A DNA stretch of 62,837 nt, counting the filler, from Choristocarpus tenellus KU-1152 (Eukaryota; Protista; Phaeophyceae): NCBI GenBank assembly GCA_964200185.2. It is 10 parts of 10 records of this genome, joined end to end, with 100 filler letters (N's around TTAATTAATTAA, not from the genome) between each part and the next. Parts side by side here need not be neighbours in the genome. Positions count along the whole stretch, not along the records: positions 53,226 to 58,035 come from CAXNAD020012973.1; positions 58,136 to 62,837 come from CAXNAD020013406.1; 8 more parts are not named here. One strand, given 5' to 3'. A model generated the notes under the pieces. That model did not search any database and had not been told where the DNA came from. It worked only from the letters and a program-made list of their open reading frames with translations. Shown here piece after piece: positions 53,363 to 62,837 of this stretch (its first letter is position 1; each line of letters starts with the position of its first letter). The translations under genes and the position numbers were made by a program.

Positions 53363-56046
53363 TTAACACAACCCTCTACACAGACAAGACTCCATTCGAC
53401 ATCCAAACCTCCTTCCTACCTGCTGCGGTTGATCCCTCCCATCTTCATCGCCGATGAACCTCTTCGTTGCTGCCTCCAACGTCACCATGCAAGAGGGCGC
53501 AAAATCATCACTGTGATCTTTCGTATCTTCACTGCTATCACCACCACCCTGTTCTCGGAAACCTGTTGGGGTCACGGCCCTGACCCCCACCGACACTAGT
53601 GCCATGGCAGCACTCACCTCGTCTGCTGGACGTCTCTCAACCGGCAACGTATCAGCAATCTCGCGCAGAACTCCCCCCCCCCCTCCGAGCACAATTGGCG
53701 ACTGAGCAGAACAACTACAGCAGCCATTATCGTGAACCTCAACTGGGACGGGGGTCGGGGGGGCAGTTACTGTGATGGCAGGCGATGGAGGGTGGCGACC
53801 CACTGAAGAGACTGCATCTTTCAATCCAGTCACACCACCTCTACTCAGCCCCCACAAGGAGCTAACCACCGGGAGCGCTGCTGGACTGTGCGGATCTGGT
53901 ATTGGGGGATTTACAGCCGTGATAGTCATTGCAGGCTTTCCCCCAATTCTCTGGCTCAGCCTCAAGCGCTTGATCTCTTCAAAGGGTCTTGTATCTTCCA
54001 TCTGCATGTCTGTTTCAGCTACTGGTGTTCCCAGGGAGCCACTATACATGTCTACAGAGGCCCCAGTGCCCCCCATACCGCTTCCACCAGTGCTACAGTC
54101 TCCTCCTCCTCCTGTCGCAGGGTTTTGTCTTGTGGCATCCATGCAAATACCCTGAAACTTGGGCTTCCACTCGTAGCTGCAATTCCGATTGGACGACGAC
54201 GTAAGAGAGAAAAAAGTATTATTGTATAGATAGGGTCAAGTCTTGCTCACTGAGGATGGTATATATGCTATTGATGTGGGGAAGGGTAACGGATTGAGGA
54301 GATTCCTTAATGCAGAACCATGGTGGCAACAAACTCTTTCAATGAAAAGGAGGATGCTCACCATGGAAGACACAAGCCTGGATTGATCTCATTGCATGCA
54401 ACAACTCTACCACTTTGAAAGTATATACTAAAGTGTTACGAACAAGTTTGTTTTCATGTCCAAAAAGCACACCCTCAAACAAGGTTTGAACGACAGCATT
54501 AAAAATATGTGTTGAAAATCCTACCTCTATTGAAGGGTCACTGCCAACCATCTGCCCTCTATAAAATCACAATAGTCATCTTTACGCTGCCCTCAACAAC
54601 CTCTGCCCCCCCCACTTCTCCCACCCACTCCTGCCCCCAGCTGTCAACTCTTACTCCTTCACCTTTCTTCCTTCAATCGAACAGAGAGGCCCTCGACTGC
54701 CCATGGTAGGCGCTCTGTTGGTGTGTAGCACTGGACTGCTGTCAAGTGTCCTGCTAACATGGAGCTGTGTGATTGTCGCCTTCCAACACCAAATCCTTCT
54801 GGCCCCTCTGCCAATGGCTCATGCGCCTAGAGTGCCACATGAGATAACAGACGGAAACACTAAGAGTGTACAAAAAACAATGCCCACTGCCATGGTAGGC
54901 AACCATATATTTCTAGGTGAAGAGACTCAGGACACAAGAAAGCAGTTTGAGCAACAGAAGCTCAAGTATCTCCAACTCAACAGGGTGGGAAACTTCCACA
55001 TTCTTCAGTTAAGCCCATACTTACCACTTTTCCGCGTTGTGCTCACCTTGTAACGGTAACCTCCCGTACCACATACCATTGCTGGTTGCACACTAATATT
55101 GGAGGAAGCCAATGGTGGCCTGTACCTCGTTTCACTCCTTGGACCCCATTGATTTTGTGTCACATTTTTGGCAAATGGAAGGCAACGGGTGTGTATTGCA
55201 TCAGTCACCCTTCCCACATCAGGAGCAGATTGCACCCTCCGATGACGGAGACTGGAACCCGCAAGGCCCAAACTGGTTGCAGGGGGGAGGCTGAGCCTAC
55301 TACCACCATGGGCCGAGAAACGTGCATTGCCCAATGTGGAATGCTGAGACGCCTTCTCCTGCAAGCCCTATCATTTACGAGGGGGAGGATTAGGGCTGCA
55401 TGAATTAAGTTGAGCAGAATATCACCCTTGGTGGTCAAGGATTGACGATATCTAATACAGTAATCAACAACACAGCACAATCAGCACTTAATGACAGGCC
55501 ATGGGCTATCACGGGGAAGAAATAAAGCACGAAATCCCGCCTCGCCTGAAAATCCTCTCCTGCAGGTATCCTTGGGGGTATCATCCGTGATTCGCCAACC
55601 CTGCTCCCCCCAGTAGATTGAAACCAGGCCTCTGAATATGTACTTCCCTCCTCATCTCCTTCCTCGGCATCAACTACCTCACGAATGCCAGCTAGGTGCG
55701 TTCCCACGACCTCCTCCGTTCCGCCAACCTCCACTCCCAACGGCGCCCATCCCTCAGCCACTTCCATACCATCAGGATGATCGGCTGGAAGTAGAGTGGA
55801 GATAGAAGATAGTTCACTGGAGGAAGAAAGGGTAGGGTGGACAGAGGTAGTTCCGCCCAAAACTGACTGACAGCCAGGCTTCACAGGGGCGACAGGGGTC
55901 CTACCAAAGAAATTGTAGTCCCTGTGCCCCTTAAGTACCACTTCGAGGCGCGGTAGCTCGGCTTGACGCTTTCGCCTGCCCAGCTGTCCATTGCGCATCG
56001 CCTCGCTTGTCATAATTTCAGCTAAAGGGACAAGGTCACCGTTCAC
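53363..56046 (-). pseudogene. Interrupted, intronless GC-rich coding-like region (ORFs 55435-56046 and 53363-54142), unidentified; possibly a TE ORF remnant
   Basis: Two long same-strand low-complexity ORFs (203 and 259 aa) are separated by broken frames. No recognisable domain. Confidence 0.3.
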
Positions 56047-58635
56047 TGCTGAAAAACGAGGGAATCTGAAAGCTTGATAGATACAACAAAACCAAATGCC
56101 TCTAAAGGCACCAATGGAGATGTTGCCCCGCTCTTTGCGTAGACACCTCTACCAACCTCGGCCAACCGCACTCCCGTCCTATAGCACCGAAAGATGCACT
56201 ATGCTATCCAGTCAGTTGCTCGTTGGGTGTGGGATAGGATGAATGTCCAGTAGGCAAGGTAAGGTTTGCTGGCGTTCGTTGGGTCACGGGGATAGGGGCT
56301 AGTGTTGTCATGCAGTTCACCATGATAGGATGAAAGGGTGAAACAGGTAGTATTAATCGTAACAATCGTAATAATCGTACCCCCTCAAGTCAGAGCCGTT
56401 TAACGGTTATGCAACAGCACAGAAGATTACATTACAATTTTGTAAGGTTTCCTGTAATGATTTTGTTTTGGAGTAAAAGAACCATGGCAAGAAACAAAGG
56501 TATGGGAAAAAGCCTGACGGTTCATTTTACTGTTTGAAAAAGAACTGCCAAGAGGAACAAGAAGCAGGGTCCACAGTTTCTTTATACAAACTGTGCTGGT
56601 GCCATCGTTTTGAGGTTTGTCGTTTACTGCGCGGCACGATATGATATGGAAGAAACCGTGGAAGTTTTATAACCACATGTATATGCCCCATTCGCAGTGC
56701 ATCTTATAAAGCATGGTGTTCTATTTACCAGGTTGTTCTATCGTAATATGTGATGCATTAGCGCGCAAAAAATTAAAAATTGCTAGATTATCCGCAGCGT
56801 CGAAAAAACACACCTATCCCTATACCTAATACTCCCCCGCTCAATCTAGGGTACTTGTGACCCGGAATCAGGGATCTTGTCTCACTTTGCTCATCCTTCT
56901 GTTGTTCTTAATCTCTCCAAATATAAACAATACATGTACAAAATGTAATATACACTACTACTACTATTGATTGTACAGTTATGTACAAGTTCATCAGAAC
57001 AAACTATGATAGCTCCTCTTCTTATCAGTGCGCTTGTACGTTTATACTCCTTATCCAACAACACATCGTCTGCAGTTGAACGGACACTTCCAGGATTGAG
57101 TGGGACAAGATAAGGAATCTTATTTTGGGATAGTTTTGTCGCCAACACTTCAAATCTGGGCAACCTCCTTCAACAGATTTATCTGTACTTTTGTGTGGGT
57201 TCCTAAATTCATGTGTGATTTCAGGGGGCTTTGTATCACAAACCTTGGGTTAACTCTATAATAATACTAATGTTGATTAAAGGCTGGAGATGGTGGGGTA
57301 TTTATTGTTTACTTCTTGTTTGAGGGGAGAGGGAGGTTGTAAAACGTTTATAAATATTGTCTGTTGTTTGTAAATAAACAAACAGAAATGGGAGGTGGGA
57401 CATGGATATTATCTATTCATTTGGTTCGACGTGATATTCGTTGATCATTGATCAGAGTATGCATTTCTTCTCCACGTCTTGTTCTGACACGAAGGGGTCC
57501 GCCACTTGGGGTTCTGGACCGTGTATGTAGTTCCTATAATCTAGACCCTCCCCCTTGCTTGAAGCTGAACTACTAAAAAATCTATGTGCCTTTCGACCTC
57601 CCAGAAAGTAGACCACAAACATTACGAAGACCCCAGTCTTTGCAATTTGAGTCAACGCGCATGTACAGGGCGAGAAGATCCACTTTTATTATTCAGCTGC
57701 TATCTTCTTTCTTCCTGAAGAATGGTGTTTAGAGAAGGTGTATTTGTTCGTCATAGTCTCTGCCTCATGTAGAACCAGGACTCGATCATCTACCCATATG
57801 CTCTTGTGTACTTTAGTAGTAATATTTATTTTAGGATATTAGAACTGACTTACCCTGTCTGTTGTGCGACACTAACTACTGGAGGAACACTTACGCTTTG
57901 CCAACACTTGGCCAAGTCTCCCACACATTAGTCCTAGACCTCTTGCACCTGTCTTCAGGTGGTACAATAGGTTGTGTGCTACGCCCCATGTCTAAGTCAA
58001 GTCCCACTACTGACCCAAAGTATCTGGGAGGGAGANNNNNNNNNNNNNNNNNNNNNNNNNNNNNNNNNNNNNNNNNNNNTTAATTAATTAANNNNNNNNN
58101 NNNNNNNNNNNNNNNNNNNNNNNNNNNNNNNNNNNCAGTGGTGTCTGCATTTCCTAATCTACTCCACCGATGGTGTCTTTAGTGTACCAGCAGCACTATC
58201 TACGAACATCACCCCCCAGCCCCCTTTCCGAAAACGACATGAGTTGACATCCAGTCCCACACGGGTTGGTGTCGTTCCAGGAGTATTTGAGCATTCTTCC
58301 AGGATTTGCAATCCCCCGAGGTTGACCATAAAGCAACTAGTTTCAACACACTCGATGAGGGCCGGCAAGCCTGTCAAAGTGCACTGATACGCCCGGCATA
58401 AACACAATATATCAGTACTTGCATGAATACGCCCCCATGGACCAAAAGACATCATTGAGAAGAGAGTGACCAGATGTGGGGAAAGATATCATTCTTGCCC
58501 CCACCTATGTGATTTGACCAACCCTAACTCTAAACTCAACAGTTTGCTGCTGACAAGCACACCAAAGCTCATCATATCCAGTCTCACGGATGAGATCCAC
58601 CTTCCACAGCTGCTATCGCACTATTGAAGTACCCC

Positions 58636-58669
58636 GGACGCGGCTCTACCCTCTAAGATACTTTGACTC
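58636..58669 (+). mobile_element. Solo right end of MITE family A
   Basis: GGACGCGGCTCTACCCTCTAAGATACTTTGACTC matches the family A right terminus. Confidence 0.8.
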
Positions 58670-60638
58670 TAATCGTTCAAATCTTGACATTGTAGCGCTC
58701 CACCACGGATGTCTTAGCTGCCCGCCCACCCACCCATCGATCGATCCATCCATCCATCCAATGTGACACAGATTCGTAATCGACCCCTCAACCGATTTGT
58801 CTCCTCTGAGTATTTCATTGTGACGACTGCACGGAATCGGCTCTGTTCATCTTCCCCACAATGACGAGCTTGATATGAATTTGGTTAAAAGGAAAGAATG
58901 CCTAGGAAGCAAAGTGGGAAGGAGAGTCAGATGTCAAGTAGCAGAGGGGTCAGGGTGAGAGTTTATGTAGTGGGCCGCCCATTTGATCAGGAAATTGAAG
59001 ATTGCCGCTGACTAACAATGGGGGGGGCCTGTGGGTCTGTTTAAGGGTATGATGTACTGTACATTGCGGAGTGTAGAACCTACTAAAGTCTGCATGCTGT
59101 CGACTGTTCCTTCGATATCCACACTCTGCTAAAATAACAGATCCTTTGTACATCCCTCAAGTCATCCCTTGCCAACACTCGAACAGTTTTGCCAGTGCCT
59201 CCTCGAAAAAGATCTCGAGCTCCTTCTCTTGGAATACTGGTACCCCCTTTGCTGCTACTGTGGACGGAAGACGAGCAAGCTTTGGTGTTCTGCCCCAACC
59301 CACACAAGTAGTCAATGAAAGCAAAGTATTCATCAGTAGTTGTATTGTTACAGGTCCGGTGATCCATAGGTTAAGGTGGGTGGGGGGCGGTCAAAACCAC
59401 CCAGGTGTGACTGGACAAAGAGTGCAGTGAAAACTGAGTAGTGTACAACAGGTTATCAGAACTGGACGTTGAAAAATTTGCGTGACACCAATGATATAGA
59501 CCATAAAACATTAAAATATCCTGCTCTACAACTCCTTCCATGTAAATACTAGCATTAATTCTACCACGACAACTCTGATGCAGTGTAGGAGCCTAAGACC
59601 TCCGGACTGTATAATATCGTCTTGAGTTGCGAAGATTCGATATACCCCCTTCGTTTTTAATCAAGAAATAATCGCCATTATTTCTATCAAGGATAGAAAG
59701 CACGAACACTGTGTTGGTCTTAGCCATCTGCACCCCAAAGACACTGCTCCTCTTGACATCGTTCACTTTCTCAATCTCAACATCCCCTCTTCCACCATAG
59801 CCTCACGCAACAACCATCACATGATACGATTTTCGGCAAATGTGGGATCTCTGCCTTTATTAACAATCGCCAAGGTTGCAATTTACTGTCCCGTCCAATA
59901 ATCCTATATTCAAGTACGTTCTAATCACCTTGCAACCCCCTTCCACATATTCACCACCCTTTCTCTCCGCCGTTGTGATTTGGGGGGTAACATGATAACC
60001 TTGTGTATACGTGACACTGATTTATGTGGCACTGGGAGCACTCTGAGTCGTCATGGCCAGCACCAGTGTGTCTGTCCGACAGTGGTGATATGGGTGGTGA
60101 GATGAACATCCTGTGGCTAGGTGGCGCCAGTGTCTGTGGCAATGTGAATACCCTACCTGCTTGCGGTGCAGGATTGCCACCCCTCTTTGGCACTGGTGAT
60201 GTGGGTGGTGATATTATAACAATCTGCCTATTTGACAATGATGTCCGTGGCACTGTAAATACCCTGCGCCACCGTGGTGCAGCAACAACGGCTCTGTTCG
60301 CCACTGGTGATGTAGGTGGTGAGGTGAGCACCCTGTGCCTCTGTGATGATGCTACTCCGCTGCTCTGTCTGCCTCTAGTGCAGTGGGTGGCGAGATGAGA
60401 ACCTCATACTTCTATGATGGCGCTACAGTGTCGCCTCTCTCTATAACGGGCGATGTTAGTGGAGAGGTAAAAATGCATTGCTTTCTGTGATGCTGAGTCA
60501 AGGTAGAGGAAGGAAGACCCAGACTCACCTTGTGTAGGGACCATTGCAGGACAAACTGCTCGTGCATGTTGCTTTTTGACCTTTTTGACGGGTACTTCTT
60601 GCTTGGCACAGTGGGTAGTGTGCTATATGTATGTGATG

Positions 60639-60896
60639 GAGTGAAAGTATCTTAGAGGGTACGAGTTTTGCCCTGTTTGTCCATTTTGGGCTTGGCTCCC
60701 ATGTTTTTTTTCATGAAATTTTCCTACTCCAAAATATTTCGGAAAAGGTAAAATGTGTACGTTATGAAAAGGTGTGTCCGGAACAAGGATATTGACACTT
60801 TCTGACAAACATGATAGCCAAAATTACATCAAAATCGCAACATTGGATTTTTGTCCTCAAATGGACGCGGCCCTACCCTCTAAGATACTTTGGCTC
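60639..60896 (+). mobile_element. MITE family A
   Basis: GAGTGAAAGTATCTTAGAGGGTA...TAAGATACTTTGGCTC, flanked by ATG/ATG. Absent from the paralog at ~16680. Confidence 0.93.
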
Positions 60897-61225
60897 ATGG
60901 CAGTCTCCAGGACGCAGGCAGGTCTAGACAGACGCTTGCAAGTGCTGAAGCATATGTCAAGGCCAGTTCCCCCCACACTCGAGTATCAAGCTCCAAGTCT
61001 TCCCTCATCGTGTCTGCCTCACGCTGGAAACGGAAGGAGTGGGAATTAGAGCTATCAACAGCAAGTGTGAAGGATAAAACATTACATAGAAGTTCAGACC
61101 ACACACATTTCATGGAGTATATTTTGGCAGGAGTTAACAACAAGGTATACACAGTTGCTTGAATGCAGAGGAAGATATAATGTATGCATAAAATACAGGG
61201 TCAAGTCCTGATCTCGCACACCTCA

Positions 61226-61484
61226 GAGTGAACGTAATTTAGAGGGTACGAGTTTTTCCCTGTTTGTCCATTTGGGGCTTGGCTTCCCATAGGATTTTAA
61301 TAACATTTTACCAACTCCAAAATGTTTCAGAGTAGGTAAAATGTGTATGTTATGAAAAAGTGTGCCTGGAACAAAGATATTGACATCTCCTAACAAACAT
61401 GATAGCCAAAATTACATCAAAATTGTAACATTGGATTTTGGACCTCAAATGGACGCGGCTCTACCCTCTAAGATACTTTGATTC
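61226..61484 (+). mobile_element. MITE family A
   Basis: GAGTGAACGTAATTTAGAGGGTA...TAAGATACTTTGATTC, flanked by TCA/TCA. Absent from the paralog at ~17032. Confidence 0.92.
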
Positions 61485-62837
61485 TCAATCATTGTGTTTT
61501 ATGGCTGAAGAGTCAGAAACGGCATCCTCTCAGATGCCGTTCTTGTCAATGGTATATCCTGTGCAAGAGCAAGCTGCTCCCACATCCCCACACCCTTAAC
61601 TTCAGGTCGGAGTATGAAGTAGTTGCCATCTCAACCTGACGTTGAGGAGGGTGCAAACATGTAGTGGGAGGCAGGAATGGTTTTGCGTTGGAGTGAAAGT
61701 ACTCACTTCAAAGTAACATTGTATATATTGCTTGTGGCGCAAAATCAATTGATACGGTGTGGCCTTGAGGGCTTCACCAATAGCAACATAACAGCTCTAG
61801 GCCTCCCCCAGGCGTATACCTTTCCCCTCCCCCCTCCTCATGTTTCTGTTCGTCTACAACAATTAGCAAGGTATTCGAAGTATATTGTCCATCTTGGCAT
61901 TTTTCCAAGAGGGCAGCGAACTTTGGTTTGAAGGTCTGCTGCCTCCTTCTCTTCTTGATGTGAGAGATACGAAGGATGAGAGGGAGTGTAAATAGTCACC
62001 AGAAGAAGAGCGTCGAGGAGGGGATGGACATATGCAAGAGTGGGGTGGGGTGATACACTTGATACACTCCCGGAACAGCTGAAGATAGGTTAACAGGGGT
62101 TCTATTGTTCTTTAAAGAGACTAGATAACTGGTTACAGATCTCAATCAACCTGTTCACGACCAGGTTTGTCTTGACATATCATGTTTACCAAGTCTATCA
62201 ATCCTTTGCAAATGGACTACATATAAATGTTGGTGGACCTATTTGATCTCTTAAACAACTCTCCTCATTTGCATGAGTGGACACCTGTGGTGGTGAAGAG
62301 AACCTATCACTGGGCACATCAGCACTTGTGTATGCCAGAGGTGGCTGTTCATTACATCATGTTTCGTTTGCATGGAATGTATTTATGGATCATCGTGAAA
62401 TGACTATCGTCGACCAAGACAAATATTCAAGTTCAATACTGGTAAGTGATGAAGACTTCTGGTGATTCACATTTGTTCTTTGTTCTTGATAGCATTATCT
62501 CCACATCATGATGCAAGGACTGTACAGTCACCTCGCATTGTATCGAGAGTTGAGCCACCAATATAGTATCCTAGTGCCCACTTGAAATTGTTACTGTCAC
62601 TGTGAGCAATATTTCCAGTGATTTCAGAATTTTAGGAAGGAGGAGTGCGCACATATCGTTAATTGATCTCGTCAACTATGTTGATTTCGACTATGTACAC
62701 ATACTCACATCTTCACACATCAAGACTCACTCAGAGTATCCTAGAAGGGGTAGTAGTTAGCCCAGTTTGTCCATTCGGAGGCGTGATGGGGAGTAATGTG
62801 TTCGTAGATAGTGCTGCTGATACACTATAGACACCAT

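Larger units (their letters stand above)
59700..61815 (-). repeat. Dispersed ~2.1-kb gene-like repeat, copy 2
   Basis: Colinear with 15395-17620 and has the same internal tandem units. Confidence 0.8.

Overview
Eukaryotic, intron-rich, repeat-rich genomic scaffold. It is probably a stramenopile and possibly a brown alga; this is inferred from gene content, long GT-AG introns and TTAGGG-rich introns. The window is about 10 contigs joined by artificial 100-nt N/TTAATTAATTAA/N linkers, so order and adjacency across gaps are not guaranteed. Supported host genes: (1) a single-exon secreted, cationic 8-Cys protein (794-1189 +); (2) a multi-exon Lon N-terminal substrate-binding-domain gene (6284 to the gap at 12662, +, both ends missing); (3) the 3' part of a PAS-domain gene with a Ser-rich tail (36897-42655, -); (4) a complete 6-exon TRIC/TMEM38-like channel gene with a GC-AG intron (45572-48223 +). 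The rest is mostly mobile DNA. It includes a decayed two-LTR Ty1/Copia element (26422-31404 -) carrying two MITE insertions, an RTE-like LINE RT fragment, and gag/ORF1-like and transposase-like remnants. Two related MITE families share G(A/G)nnnAAAGTATCT termini and show both 3-bp and 4-bp TSDs. A third TIR family and a duplicated ~2.1-kb gene-like repeat are also present; the two copies of that repeat give filled/empty MITE sites. No rRNA, tRNA, CRISPR or prokaryotic system was found. The best novelty candidates are the variable-TSD MITE system, the RXL-flanked cationic Cys-rich peptide, and strand-biased intronic telomeric repeats.
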